DNA of 63,994 nt, filler included, from an uncultured bacterium (lineage in GTDB: Bacteria > Hinthialibacterota > Hinthialibacteria > Hinthialibacterales > Hinthialibacteraceae): assembly GCA_964449065.1 (NCBI GenBank). It is 6 parts of 6 records of this genome, joined end to end, with 100 filler letters (N's around TTAATTAATTAA, not from the genome) between each part and the next. Parts side by side here need not be neighbours in the genome. Positions count along the whole stretch, not along the records: positions 44,944 to 55,883 come from CAYVAZ010000167.1; positions 55,984 to 63,994 come from CAYVAZ010000236.1; 4 more parts are not named here. The stretch is one strand, 5' to 3'. Positions 49,591-60,373 of this stretch are shown here, piece after piece. How positions within the stretch are numbered: position 1 is the first letter of the stretch; the number at the start of each line of letters is the position of its first letter. The notes beneath the pieces are model-generated. The model was given only the letters and a program-made list of their open reading frames with translations, was not told the DNA's origin and did no database searches. The position numbers and the translations under genes were made by a program.

Positions 49591-49692
49591 TATACCGCTT
49601 CAATAAAATAATATACGGTGTGCGGTACCGGCTGGAAGCCGATGCTACCCTTTTATGGAGGAATCACACAGAATTTATTTGAAACCGTATTA
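49591..49692. mobile_element. IR-bounded mini-element enclosing a REP
   Basis: ATACCGCTTCAATAAAAT ... ATTTATTTGAAACCGTAT around ACCGGCTGGAAGCCGATGCTACC. Confidence 0.65.
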
Positions 49693-49935
49693 GAATTAAT
49701 AAAATGCATTTGAAAAGAAAAGACTTGATTCACCCCTTATTCATCACAATCTCGCGGGGTTTGCTGCCGCGGGGGGGGGCGACGATGCCGTTGGCTTGAA
49801 TCCGAAAGCGGTGTTCAGTGCAGGAATATACAAAGAGAGGAACGAAAAGGCCTATATTTACGAGTCATACATTGGTAGCATAGTACCGTATGAATATATG
49901 ATATTCATCCAACAAAAATTTGCATGAGGTTAAAC

Positions 49936-51252
49936 ATGATGGAAGCAAAGAGTAACAACAGAAGAAACTTTCTAAAACATAGCGGAATGGCGGTCGCCGC
50001 CGGGCTTTCCGCTGCCGAACTGGCCGGAATCCGAAACGCGCACAGCGAAAACGAAAAAATCAACGTCGGCATCATCGGCGTTGGCAACCGCGGGAGTTCA
50101 CTATTGCGCTGGGTGCGCGGGAAAGAAGAAGCCAAGATCGTGGCGGTTTGCGATGTCTATGTGAAACGCAGAAAATCCGCCGCTGTCAAAGCCGGGCTGG
50201 ATCCCGAAAACGAAAACGATTGCGTGGCTGATTATAAAGACATCTTAAAACGCGACGATATCGATGCCGTTATCATTGCCACGCCCGATCATTGGCACGC
50301 GCGTATTTCCATCGATGCCATGAAAGCAGGCAAGGATGTCTATTGTGAAAAGCCCATGACCAAAACGGTGGAAGAAGCCCATCAGGTCTGGCAAACGGTG
50401 GAAGAAACCGGGCGCGTCATGCAGGTTGGCAGCCAAACCACATCCAGCGACCAATGGTGGAAAGCCAAAGAAGCCATATCCAAAGGGATGCTGGGCAAAC
50501 TGATTATGAGCCAAGGCTCGTATCACCGCAATTCGCTGGAAGGCGAATGGAATTACACCATTCACGAAGAAGCCGGTCCCAACGCCGAGGGCGACAACTA
50601 TATCGATTGGGATATGTGGCTGGGTTCCGCCCCCAAACGCGAATGGGATCCCGAACGCTTCTTTCGCTTTCGCCAATATTGGGATTACTCCGGCGGGATC
50701 GCCACCGACTTGTTCTATCACGTGATGGCCCCGCTGAACATCAGTTGGCCGGAAGCGCAGTTCCCCTATAAAGTCATGGCCAGCGGCGGTATTTATGTCT
50801 TTAAGGACGGCCGCGAAGTTCCGGATACCTTTGCGTTGCTGGCCGAATACCCCGGCGAACATCAAGTCGTGCTTTCGTCATCCATGGCAAACGATACCCA
50901 CATCCCCGGTTTGATCCGCGGCCACGAAGCCACCTTGATGATCGTCGAACACGGCAAGTTCGAAGGCCATACCCCGGAAATTTATGTGGAAGCCCAGCCG
51001 GAATTCAAAGAAGACTTCAAGAAAAAATGGGGAACGGAAAAGGTGGTCTTCAAAACCGAAGACGAACGTCCCGATCACATGCAAAACTGGCTGAACTGCA
51101 TTAAAACCCGCGAACAGCCGGTGCTGGACGCGCTCACCGCCTACAAAGCCATGGTCACCATCGCCATGTCGGTTGAATCCTACCGCCAAGGCAAGGTTCT
51201 TTATTTTGATGAAGAAAAACACCGCGTGGTCAACATCCCGCCCAAGGCGTGA
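49936..51252 (+). CDS. Tat-exported Gfo/Idh/MocA oxidoreductase
   Basis: NRRNFLK; IGVGNRG, TPDHWH and YCEKP motifs. Confidence 0.92.
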   Translation: MMEAKSNNRRNFLKHSGMAVAAGLSAAELAGIRNAHSENEKINVGIIGVGNRGSSLLRWVRGKEEAKIVAVCDVYVKRRKSAAVKAGLDPENENDCVADYKDILKRDDIDAVIIATPDHWHARISIDAMKAGKDVYCEKPMTKTVEEAHQVWQTVEETGRVMQVGSQTTSSDQWWKAKEAISKGMLGKLIMSQGSYHRNSLEGEWNYTIHEEAGPNAEGDNYIDWDMWLGSAPKREWDPERFFRFRQYWDYSGGIATDLFYHVMAPLNISWPEAQFPYKVMASGGIYVFKDGREVPDTFALLAEYPGEHQVVLSSSMANDTHIPGLIRGHEATLMIVEHGKFEGHTPEIYVEAQPEFKEDFKKKWGTEKVVFKTEDERPDHMQNWLNCIKTREQPVLDALTAYKAMVTIAMSVESYRQGKVLYFDEEKHRVVNIPPKA

Positions 51253-51288
51253 ATACAAACGCGTGAATATAAGTTAAATGTGGAAATG

Positions 51289-51322
51289 AAAAACGGAGAG
51301 GCGGGTTCCTCTCCGTTTTTTT
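51289..51322. terminator. Bidirectional rho-independent terminator
   Basis: AAAAACGGAGAGG-cgggtt-CCTCTCCGTTTTT between convergent genes. Confidence 0.85.
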
Positions 51323-52772
51323 ACCCCAACAACTTTTTGTAAGGCGCCCCTTCATTAATCGTGGGTGTTTCCGGCCTTCCTTTGTGCATGTATTTCAGTT
51401 CCAAATTGTGAATGCCAAGCATATAAAGAATGGATGCATGGATATCATGCACATGCAAGCGGTCTTCGATGGCGTGCAGCCCGATCTCATCGGTTTTGCC
51501 GATGACTTGGCCGCCTTTTACACCGCCGCCTGCCATCCACATGGTGAAACCGGTGGGGTTATGATCTCTGCCGTCGCCTTTTTCCGACATCGGGGTGCGG
51601 CCGAACTCACCGCCCCACACCACCAGTGTTTCTTCCAACAATCCCCGCTGCTTTAAATCTTTCAACAATCCCGCAACCGGCTTATCGCTGGATTTGCACA
51701 AGCGCGAATGGTTGGCTTCAATGTTGGAATGCGCGTCCCACTTGCTGCCCGAACCGCTGTACAGCTGAATGAAACGCACGCCGCGTTCCACCAACCGCCG
51801 CGCCATCAAACAGTTGCTGCCAAACGCTTTGGTTTCGTCTTCGTTAAGACCGTACATCTCTTTGATGGGTTCCGGTTCGTTTTGAATATCCACCGCTTCG
51901 GGCGCTTCCGCCTGCATTTTAAACGCCAGTTCATAATTGCGGATGCGGGCATCCAGTTCGCTCTCATCCTGATGCTCATGCGTGAATTGATGATTCAACC
52001 GCTGCAAAAACGACAGTTTGTTTTGCTGTTGCGGGGGATAAACCGTTTCCGGAGTATTTAAGTTTGGGATGGGCTGCTCACTGCCTTCAAACTTCACGCC
52101 TTGGTAGGCCGCGGGCATGAAGCCCGCCTCCCAATTGCGCGATCCGTTTGTTGGGTATGTTTTGTTATCCAGCATGACCACAAACGCGGGCAGGTTTTCG
52201 TTTTCCGTACCGAGACCGTATGAGACCCAACTCCCCAAACTCGGCCGGCCGCCGATGGTGGAACCGGTGTTCATCTGGCATACCCCGCCGGAATGATTCA
52301 AGCCGTCGCTGATGCAGGACCGGATGACGGCGATATCATCCACACATTGCGCCGTATGGGGCAGCCAATCCGAAACCCATATCCCGCTTTTGCCGTGTTG
52401 TTTCCATTTTCGCGGCGAGGCCAGCAGCGGCGCATCGGCCTCACCCATCGCCGTGATGACTTTGCCAAAACTGGGCGGCAGCGGTTTGCCCGCGTATTTC
52501 TCTAATGCCGGTTTGGGATCAAACAAATCGATATGGCTGGGGCCGCCTTCCATAAACAAAAAGATCACGCTCTTCGCGGTGGGGGCAAAATGGGGTTTTT
52601 TCGTGGAAGATGAAGAAGATGAACCGGCGGCGTGATTGCTGGATAACAAATGCGCCAGCGCCAACGCCCCAAACCCGGTGCCGCTCTTCATCAAAAAATC
52701 GCGCCGCGATGTCACGGGTTCGAAGTGCGGTTGGTTTTGTTGTTGCGGTTTTGTATCGTTCAGTAATGACAT
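51321..52772 (-). CDS. DUF1501 family Tat protein
   Basis: SRRDFL; IFLFMEGGPSHIDLFDPKP, ARRLVERGVRF, GEFGRTP and GRDH motifs. Confidence 0.93.
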   Translation of the reverse strand: MSLLNDTKPQQQNQPHFEPVTSRRDFLMKSGTGFGALALAHLLSSNHAAGSSSSSSTKKPHFAPTAKSVIFLFMEGGPSHIDLFDPKPALEKYAGKPLPPSFGKVITAMGEADAPLLASPRKWKQHGKSGIWVSDWLPHTAQCVDDIAVIRSCISDGLNHSGGVCQMNTGSTIGGRPSLGSWVSYGLGTENENLPAFVVMLDNKTYPTNGSRNWEAGFMPAAYQGVKFEGSEQPIPNLNTPETVYPPQQQNKLSFLQRLNHQFTHEHQDESELDARIRNYELAFKMQAEAPEAVDIQNEPEPIKEMYGLNEDETKAFGSNCLMARRLVERGVRFIQLYSGSGSKWDAHSNIEANHSRLCKSSDKPVAGLLKDLKQRGLLEETLVVWGGEFGRTPMSEKGDGRDHNPTGFTMWMAGGGVKGGQVIGKTDEIGLHAIEDRLHVHDIHASILYMLGIHNLELKYMHKGRPETPTINEGAPYKKLLG

Positions 52773-52785
52773 AAATAACTCCCTG

Positions 52786-55524
52786 TTATTCTACATACAA
52801 AAATTCACTGGTATTGAGCAGGATATGGCAAAAATCGGTCAGCGCGGATTTTTGGGCGTAAGACAATTGCGTCGGCAATGATTGTGACAATTCATCCCCC
52901 CCGCTGATCTCTTCGATTTCTTTCAACTTCGGCCCGCCCTCGCCGCCAACCAGTGCGATTGATTTTTCCGAACCGGATTTTGCCGCAGCTTCTTTAGCAA
53001 TTTCGTTGATTTTCGTCTGCACCAATTTCAGTGTATCGAGCCGCTCATCATGGTTCAGGTTATGCGTGACAAATTCGCGTACGGAATGCGCGATCCTCTC
53101 TGTTTCCCGGTTATATAGTTTTTCGATCAGTTGCGCGTGCTGCCGGATAAACGCAACCGTTTCATCCAGTTCCTGCCGTGTTGCTTTGCGGCATAACACG
53201 GTTTGAAAAGCGGTTTGAACCCAGTCATGCAAATCCGCGGGCTGTGTGGTTTCCATGCGGGCCATTAGAGCGTTTGCCCGTTTCATGATCCAACCGCTGT
53301 TCATCAAAAACAGTGATTGCAGCGGTGTGGTCGTTACATTGCGCGCCGCCGTGCTGGAAATCCCATCCGGCACATCAAACACATCCAACACATCATCCCG
53401 CTTATTGCGGTAGACCTTTGTGTAGACAGACCGTTTGGGGACGCTCCAATTCACGCTGGGGCCGAAACGGCTTTCATCCAATTCACCCGATACCGCCAGC
53501 ATCGAATCCCGAATTTCTTCCGCTTCCAACCGCCGCGCGTTAAAGCGCCATAACAAGCGGTTCTGCGGATCAACCCGCTTGGCCAATCCCTGCAACGGCC
53601 GTTTAGACGATTGCCGGTATGCCGCCGATGTCATCATCAGTTTATGCATCTTCTTCAGGCTCCAGCCGTCTTCCACAAACCGCACCGTAAGCCAATCCAG
53701 CAACTGGGGATGGCTGGGCTTCTCACCCAAATTTCCAAACTCGCTGGAAGTGGCTACCAATCCGGTGCCGAAATGATACTGCCACAAGCGGTTCACAATC
53801 ACACGGTTGGTGATGGGGTTTTTCGGATTCGTAATCCAACGCGCCAGCGCGGTACGCCGTCCGGTAGAGTTCGGGGCGGAGGGCACCGTCTCAATCTCCA
53901 TCGGCTCCGGCTTTAATATAGTGAAGATCCCCGGTTCAATCGTTTCTTGTTTCGGGTCATCCGGGATAAAGGTGTTGGGAGGATAGGGCCCGACATCCCG
54001 CGCCGTCCAAGTGGTGGGCAATGGCTTCGGTTTCCATTGATCGTACTCTTTTAACTGTTTATAAAGTTTGTTTAATTGTTCTTTTTCATCTTTTTTTATA
54101 TTGCCGACGGCGGCATTTCCTTTGTCGATGGCTTGAAACTCCACTAGCATCGCAATCTGCTGTTCATACGGTGTGCGTTCTTGCGGCGCCTTCGCCACCA
54201 TCGCTTTCACGTCTTCCGGGAATGTCGCCCGAATGGCGTTTGCCCCTTTTTCATAATGGGGTGTTTCAATGGCTTTGATTTGCTTGCGGATATGCTCTGT
54301 CTTCGCTTTCCACACAGCCAACTTTGCTTGGTGTTCCTGCCACGCTGCCGAACTCACCACCGGCAGATCGTTGCGTAAATGCACCGGCGCAAAGAAGGCG
54401 CGCAAGCGGTAATAGTCTTTCTGCAAGACCGGATCGAACTTATGGTCATGGCACCGCGCGCAACTCACGCTCATTCCCAAAAACATATCCCCGGTGACAT
54501 CGGTTAAATCGTTCAGGATGATATCCCACTGCGTGCGCGCGTCACGCTGGTTGTATTCGTAGATTCCCAAACGGAGAAAATGGGTTGCCAGCAATGCTTC
54601 CGGATCATTGGGCGCGATTTCATCTCCCGCGAGTTGCTCCATCACAAATTGGTTATACGGTTTGTCTTCATTCAGCGATTGAATCACATAATCGCGGTAC
54701 CGCCAGGCATTGGGGCGGTAATGATCGGCCTTATACCCGTCCGATTCGGCATAGCGCGCCAAATCCATCCAATGACGCGCCCATTTTTCGCCATAATGCG
54801 GGCTGGCTAAGAGGCGGTCAATCAGCTTCTCATACGCGTCCGGTGATGAATCGTTCACAAACGCATCCACTTCTGCCGGGGCGGGCGGCAAACCCGTTAA
54901 ATCATAATACGCCCGCCGAATCAGTTCATGCTTTTCGGCGGGCTGTGCCGGCTGCAATTCAGCCTCTGTAAGTTTTTGGTAGATAAAATGATCGATGGGA
55001 TTTTCACTCCATCCCTTGTCTGTAACGGAGGGAACTTCCGGTTCTTCAACCGGTTGAAACAGCCAAAACTCCCGGTCCTCTTGGGTGAAGTGTTCCCGCA
55101 TGGGTTCCGCTGTTTTCGCTGTCCACGGTGCACCGCGTTGGACCCATTCGGCCAGCAATTGAATCTCTTTGTCATCCAGTTTTTTGCCGGGCGGCATTTT
55201 CAAGTTTTCATCCTGGTGAGAAACGGCTTTGAGCAACAACGATTCTTCAGGCTTGGTAGGCACTACTGCATTTCCCCGATTTCCCCCGCGCAAAACGCCT
55301 TCCCACGAATCCAACTGCAGGCCGCTTTTGGCGTTTCCGGCTTTGTGGCAGGCAACGCAGTTGTCGATAAGAAGCGGGCGGATATTCGTTTCGAAAAAGT
55401 GGATATCTTCCAATTGCGTTTCTTTTGTGGATGCATCATTTGTAGGGATGCAAAAAATGACGAACGAAATCAAACAAGTTAAACCCGCAAAAGTTACCGA
55501 AGGGCTTTTATCTGCAATCATCAA
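52786..55524 (-). CDS. Planctomycete cytochrome c / DUF1549 / DUF1553 (PSD1) protein
   Basis: CVACH, CARCHDHKFDP, HWMDLARYAES, NRLWQYHFG and PSHPQLLDWL motifs. Confidence 0.93.
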   Translation of the reverse strand: MMIADKSPSVTFAGLTCLISFVIFCIPTNDASTKETQLEDIHFFETNIRPLLIDNCVACHKAGNAKSGLQLDSWEGVLRGGNRGNAVVPTKPEESLLLKAVSHQDENLKMPPGKKLDDKEIQLLAEWVQRGAPWTAKTAEPMREHFTQEDREFWLFQPVEEPEVPSVTDKGWSENPIDHFIYQKLTEAELQPAQPAEKHELIRRAYYDLTGLPPAPAEVDAFVNDSSPDAYEKLIDRLLASPHYGEKWARHWMDLARYAESDGYKADHYRPNAWRYRDYVIQSLNEDKPYNQFVMEQLAGDEIAPNDPEALLATHFLRLGIYEYNQRDARTQWDIILNDLTDVTGDMFLGMSVSCARCHDHKFDPVLQKDYYRLRAFFAPVHLRNDLPVVSSAAWQEHQAKLAVWKAKTEHIRKQIKAIETPHYEKGANAIRATFPEDVKAMVAKAPQERTPYEQQIAMLVEFQAIDKGNAAVGNIKKDEKEQLNKLYKQLKEYDQWKPKPLPTTWTARDVGPYPPNTFIPDDPKQETIEPGIFTILKPEPMEIETVPSAPNSTGRRTALARWITNPKNPITNRVIVNRLWQYHFGTGLVATSSEFGNLGEKPSHPQLLDWLTVRFVEDGWSLKKMHKLMMTSAAYRQSSKRPLQGLAKRVDPQNRLLWRFNARRLEAEEIRDSMLAVSGELDESRFGPSVNWSVPKRSVYTKVYRNKRDDVLDVFDVPDGISSTAARNVTTTPLQSLFLMNSGWIMKRANALMARMETTQPADLHDWVQTAFQTVLCRKATRQELDETVAFIRQHAQLIEKLYNRETERIAHSVREFVTHNLNHDERLDTLKLVQTKINEIAKEAAAKSGSEKSIALVGGEGGPKLKEIEEISGGDELSQSLPTQLSYAQKSALTDFCHILLNTSEFLYVE

Positions 55525-55883
55525 AATCTCCCCAATTCAACCAATGATTCGAATGAATGTTTATTATTAAGTAATTTTAGTGAAGTTTGAAGGGGGTTTT
55601 ACTTTCGGGATGCTTTTATCAACACTAACATGAACACCTTTGGAGAATAGGGTTTTCTTTGAATGGCGTTAAATATTTACCATTCGTGAGTCGATAATAA
55701 AAATGGCTAAAACTTTGTGTTGTTAACTTATCGATAAATCCGTGTTCTTCCATGGTTCGGCAACCGGTTGAAGGCAGGGAAGTGTTATTATCTTAACAAA
55801 ATATGATTCAGTATGTTATAGCGTTTCTGTATACTTTCATTAGCCGTTTTTATAAAGTTAAGATATAATGGATATGATGATTC

Positions 55884-55983
55884 NNNNNNNNNNNNNNNNN
55901 NNNNNNNNNNNNNNNNNNNNNNNNNNNTTAATTAATTAANNNNNNNNNNNNNNNNNNNNNNNNNNNNNNNNNNNNNNNNNNNN
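55884..55983. other. Artificial contig linker 5
   Basis: N/TTAATTAATTAA/N. Confidence 0.97.
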
Positions 55984-56039
55984 CAACAAAAACCATTTTT
56001 CAAGCAATCGTCAATCATGGATTGCGTAACATCAGTTAC

Positions 56040-56777
56040 TTACTTGCGTAATTCCGTTTTCCCTTGTTTGACCGCTTCCAGCAGGGCATAGCGTGCCAGC
56101 AGCCGGGTTGAATCCAGTACAGGCAATGGCGATTCTGCTGGAATGACCAGCAGGGGAATTTCTGTGCATCCCAGAACAACCGCGTCGCAATGCTGTTCAT
56201 TTTTCAACCGGGCAATGACTTGGTTAAAGTATGCCCGCGACTCATCGAAAAACTTGCCGTAAACCAACTCATGAAAGATGATACGGTTGATGGTTTCCTG
56301 TTCGTCTTCGTTGGGGATACTATATTGCAGATTTTTCGCTCCCAATGCATTGGGATAAACAGGTCCGGTCATCAAAAATTTTGTCCCCAAGATTCCGATA
56401 TGGGTATATCCCTTGGATACGGCTTCATCCGCCACCACTTCGGCGATGTGCAGCCAGGGGATGGAGATGTTGCCGTAGATGTAATCCATCGCCTGATGGA
56501 TGGTGTTGTCCGGACTGAGAGCAAATTCCGCGCCCATTTGTGCCACCTTTTCGGTAGAGGCGATCATCAAATCGGCCACCGCTTTCCAGTTTTGAGGCGG
56601 GAAGTGCGGTGTGTACATTGCCAGCGGGTAGGTGTGCATTGAGATTTCGGGATGATTGTGCTCTCCCATATATTCAGCGCCTTCCACGCAGATGGTGCGG
56701 TAGCATAAAGCCGCCCCTTCGGCACTGCACCCCACGATGCCGATATGTTTTGCGTTCGGCGGTTTGATTTCACTCAT
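56040..56777 (-). CDS. Aspartate/glutamate racemase family protein
   Basis: PDNTIH, GILGT and LGCTEIPLL motifs. Confidence 0.88.
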   Translation of the reverse strand: MSEIKPPNAKHIGIVGCSAEGAALCYRTICVEGAEYMGEHNHPEISMHTYPLAMYTPHFPPQNWKAVADLMIASTEKVAQMGAEFALSPDNTIHQAMDYIYGNISIPWLHIAEVVADEAVSKGYTHIGILGTKFLMTGPVYPNALGAKNLQYSIPNEDEQETINRIIFHELVYGKFFDESRAYFNQVIARLKNEQHCDAVVLGCTEIPLLVIPAESPLPVLDSTRLLARYALLEAVKQGKTELRK

Positions 56778-57547
56778 GGTTCTTCCGTTTCCGGTTTTTC
56801 GGGTCTTGGTTCTGTCAGCACTTCACCTTGATAATCGTTTTGAATCGCGTTTTGCTTGATTGAATCATAGCCGTGATAGCCCACGCTGTAATGTTGAATG
56901 ACACCCTTGCTGTCGATATAAAAAGTCGTTGGAATTGACCGGATGCCTGAAAAAGGTACCGGCAATTGATCGACAGTGGCCAGCGTAAAGTTTACGCCAT
57001 ATTCTTCGGCAAATTTTTTTTGCGTTTCCACCTCTTCATGGCTGATACCTACGATTGCGATTTGATCGCCGTATTCATGTTTCAGTTGGATAAAATGAGG
57101 CATCTCTTCTTTACAAGGGGGACACCATGTCGCCCAAAAATCCAATACCACCCGTTTGCCTTCCAGTTGAGATAACGTGAGTTTATTGCCGTCCAAACCG
57201 GTCATGGCAAAATCCGGCGCTTTTACGCCAATCCAACGGTCATAGGATTTCTGCGATTCGCGGTACGATTCCTGCATCTCGCCGATCATCCATATATAGA
57301 GAGAAAACATGAAGCATGAGACGGCAATGCCCACGATTGACAATCCTATTCCACATGCTGCCATGACGCGTCCCGGAGAACCTCTACGCCAATGCCAGAT
57401 CCCAAAGATAATGCCAATAATACCGACCACGGCTCCAAAGACCACAAATCCGGTGGGGATGGAGACGATGCCCATCACCAAACAAAAGATGGCAAGGATT
57501 TTACTTTGGTCAATAGATTGGGGGTTAATTTTTACTTTTTCAGCCAT
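56774..57547 (-). CDS. DUF4190-like membrane anchor fused to TlpA-type thioredoxin
   Basis: N-terminal TM helices; APDF, DFWATWCPPC and IPTT motifs. Confidence 0.88.
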   Translation of the reverse strand: MAEKVKINPQSIDQSKILAIFCLVMGIVSIPTGFVVFGAVVGIIGIIFGIWHWRRGSPGRVMAACGIGLSIVGIAVSCFMFSLYIWMIGEMQESYRESQKSYDRWIGVKAPDFAMTGLDGNKLTLSQLEGKRVVLDFWATWCPPCKEEMPHFIQLKHEYGDQIAIVGISHEEVETQKKFAEEYGVNFTLATVDQLPVPFSGIRSIPTTFYIDSKGVIQHYSVGYHGYDSIKQNAIQNDYQGEVLTEPRPEKPETEEP

Positions 57548-57738
57548 TATTAATCCCTTTCTGTTCTACTTACGTTAAGACTGAATCACAAACCGGTAGT
57601 TTGGCTTCAGTTTCATGAGTGACCGGATAAACTCATCTTTAAGTAAGAGAGTATCTACAGCGTGTCTATCTACACCGTTTACAATAAATGATTTTCGTGT
57701 GTAGTGTAACGCAAAAAAAACAACCGGAGGAAGAAATT

Positions 57739-58782
57739 ATGGCACTCGTACCCATGCGGGCTCTGCTCGACCATGCCGCGGAAAATGATTATGGACTCGC
57801 TGCATTCAACGTCAACAATATGGAACAAATCCAAGCGATTATGGAAGCCGCCGTGGAAACCAACTCACCGGTCATCGTGCAAGCCAGCCGCGGTGCCCGA
57901 AATTATTCGAATGACAATTATCTTCGCCACTTGATGATTGCCGCGTCCGAACTGCACCCCAACATTCCGATCGCGATGCACCAAGACCATGGCAACAGCC
58001 CGGAAACCTGCGCATCCGCGATTGAAATGGGCTTTACCAGCGTTATGATGGACGGCTCGCTCGAAGAAGACGGCAAATCACCCGCTTCTTACGACTATAA
58101 TGTGGACGTAACCAAAAAAGTTGTGGAAATGGCCCACGCCAAAGGCGTATCGGTTGAAGGTGAATTGGGCTGCCTCGGCAGTTTGGAAACCGGAAAAGGC
58201 GACAAAGAAGACGGCCACGGTTTTGAAGGGGAACTTAGCAAGGAAGATTTATTGACCGATCCGGATGAGGCGGTCGATTTTGTGGAAAAAACCGGCGTGG
58301 ATGCGTTGGCGGTTGCAATCGGTACCAGCCACGGAGCCTACAAATTTACCCGCAAACCCACCGGCGATATCTTGGCAATGGACCGAATCGAAGAAATCAA
58401 CAAAAAACTGCCGAATACCCATTTGGTCATGCACGGTTCTTCATCCGTTCCGGAAGAATTGGTCAAAATCATAAATGATTATGGCGGCAATATGCAGCAA
58501 GCATTTGGTGTTCCGGTAGAAGAAATTCAACGGGGAATCAAATGTGGCGTGCGCAAGGTAAATGTCGATACCGACAACCGGTTAGCCATTACCGGGGCCA
58601 TCCGCAAAGCGTTTGCCGAAAAGCCGGAAGAATTTGATCCGCGCTATTACTTGAAGCCGGCACGCGCCGCGATGAAGCAAGTTTGTGTTGACCGCATGAC
58701 CTCGTTCGGCCAAGCCGGCAATGCCGATAAAATCAAACAAATCACTTTGGTGGATATGGTAGCATCTTATAACGGAAAGTAA
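57739..58782 (+). CDS. fba: Fructose-bisphosphate aldolase class II
   Basis: [32 protein letters not shown] and HLVMHGSSS motifs. Confidence 0.96.
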   Translation: MALVPMRALLDHAAENDYGLAAFNVNNMEQIQAIMEAAVETNSPVIVQASRGARNYSNDNYLRHLMIAASELHPNIPIAMHQDHGNSPETCASAIEMGFTSVMMDGSLEEDGKSPASYDYNVDVTKKVVEMAHAKGVSVEGELGCLGSLETGKGDKEDGHGFEGELSKEDLLTDPDEAVDFVEKTGVDALAVAIGTSHGAYKFTRKPTGDILAMDRIEEINKKLPNTHLVMHGSSSVPEELVKIINDYGGNMQQAFGVPVEEIQRGIKCGVRKVNVDTDNRLAITGAIRKAFAEKPEEFDPRYYLKPARAAMKQVCVDRMTSFGQAGNADKIKQITLVDMVASYNGK

Positions 58783-58804
58783 TCAATACGTTTTGATAAA
58801 TTGT

Positions 58805-58833
58805 AAAGGCGGGGAGTTTTTTCTCGCCTTTTT
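58805..58833 (+). terminator. Rho-independent terminator after fba
   Basis: AAAGGCGGGGA...TTCTCGCCTTTTT. Confidence 0.75.
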
Positions 58834-59179
58834 GTTGGCTTGATGAAAGGTTGATTATCAACTCAGGATGAAGTATCGATGAATTCAATTCGTCAGATGA
58901 TTATTTGTACTGTTCAGTACAAATTATATGATCCAAATTCAAAGAGGAAAAGCGCGAAGTATGTACCCTATTGGGCGTACACAAATGGTTAGTATATATT
59001 TGATGGATATTTGACGTTTTTCAAGAATGGTTAAATAGGGTATTCAAAAATGTTTTATAACTAATTGATAAGATTGAAGATAGAGAATATGAATTTGGCG
59101 TGAAATATTTGATGGATATTTGATGTATCCCCTCTTTTGATAATAAATTATAGTGAAATGAGATAGTTCATTACATCAA

Positions 59180-60217
59180 TCAAACCGTGGCGGTTGGATT
59201 GGCTGCTGTTTTTGAAACTTTTGCTTCTTCTTTGCTCCAATCGGTGTGCGGGGGCTTGTTGAGCACAAACCATCCCCACAGAACTTGGCCGTAGGTTTGC
59301 GGTTCGATGTTGTGGCGTTCAAAGAGCGGCCATAGTTTCTGCTGCAATTTCGGCAGGTTGTAACAGGGTACCCCCGGAAAGTAATGGTGCTCTAAGTGGT
59401 AGTTGGAGAACAAATACACTCGGTCCCAGAACCAACTGCCTTTCATGAGCGTAGACCATCCGGCGATGTCTTTCGGGTTGATGCTGTAATGCTGCCCCAA
59501 GCGGTTGATCGTGAACGCAATCGGGAACACAAAAAAATAGGGAATGGCATAAATCTTCAAAAAGGTCATCCAACCCGCAAACGCAATCAACAAAATCATA
59601 ATGGCTAGATGCAGGCCGATGGTGATCTTGCGTTCAAACGCAATTTGCTTTTGCAAGGGCTCGGGATAGGTCGCGCACTCTTTGGCCGCCGACCGAAAAT
59701 AGATCGGGAAGAGGGCCGGGGTCATATACAATAATTTGTACCAGCGTTTGTTGATTTTGGGGGTGAGGTGATGGCGTTTGGGGTCGTCATCCCAATCGCC
59801 CAATTCGTCGTGGTGATCCAGATGCCAGCGGGTGAACTGAGAGCGGGAGATGCCGCTGGGCAAAGCATAAAGCCAGCCTAACAGTTTGGTGAGAAACGGG
59901 CCTTGTTTGGTGAGGACGGTTTTGTGCAGCACTTCATGCAGCAGTACGGTAAAATCAAACACGATAAATCCGATGATAAAAGAGCAGGGAAGCCATATCA
60001 ACGGGTTATTGCTTTGCAAGGCAATCCAAACGGCAACCGCCCACAAGGCCACTTGGCGAAATACAATCAAAAAGTGCTTCCACCAGACCGCCTTGTGCAG
60101 TTCGCGCAGCTCATCGCGGGGGATGGCGTTGCGCAATTCTTCGCGAAAGTCTCCGAGTTGCTGATAGTAGTAGCGTTTTTTGTGTTTGGGCTTTTGGTAT
60201 TCCGGTTCTTGCGGCAT
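59180..60217 (-). CDS. Membrane fatty acid desaturase family protein
   Basis: His boxes HEVLH, HLDHH and HLEHH. Confidence 0.9.
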   Translation of the reverse strand: MPQEPEYQKPKHKKRYYYQQLGDFREELRNAIPRDELRELHKAVWWKHFLIVFRQVALWAVAVWIALQSNNPLIWLPCSFIIGFIVFDFTVLLHEVLHKTVLTKQGPFLTKLLGWLYALPSGISRSQFTRWHLDHHDELGDWDDDPKRHHLTPKINKRWYKLLYMTPALFPIYFRSAAKECATYPEPLQKQIAFERKITIGLHLAIMILLIAFAGWMTFLKIYAIPYFFVFPIAFTINRLGQHYSINPKDIAGWSTLMKGSWFWDRVYLFSNYHLEHHYFPGVPCYNLPKLQQKLWPLFERHNIEPQTYGQVLWGWFVLNKPPHTDWSKEEAKVSKTAANPTATV

Positions 60218-60316
60218 GTGGATCCAACCTAAAATCTAATTTACAGATACTTTATCTTGCTGTAAATGGATTGACAAGTTTGTTTTGAATATCTATTGGG
60301 CGTGAAGATAAGAATG

Positions 60317-60346
60317 AAAAAGAGGCTTGACGAATCAAGCCCCTTT
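60317..60346 (-). terminator. Terminator after the 60374 gene
   Basis: AAAAGAGGCTTGA-cgaa-TCAAGCCCCTTT. Confidence 0.7.
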
Positions 60347-60373
60347 CGCAATGGTATTTGTGAATCGAAGCGT

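Noticed and set aside
51321..55524. PSD1/cytochrome plus DUF1501 pair as a novel system
   Set aside because: Well-known, highly expanded gene pair in Planctomycetes-like genomes; nothing distinctive in this copy
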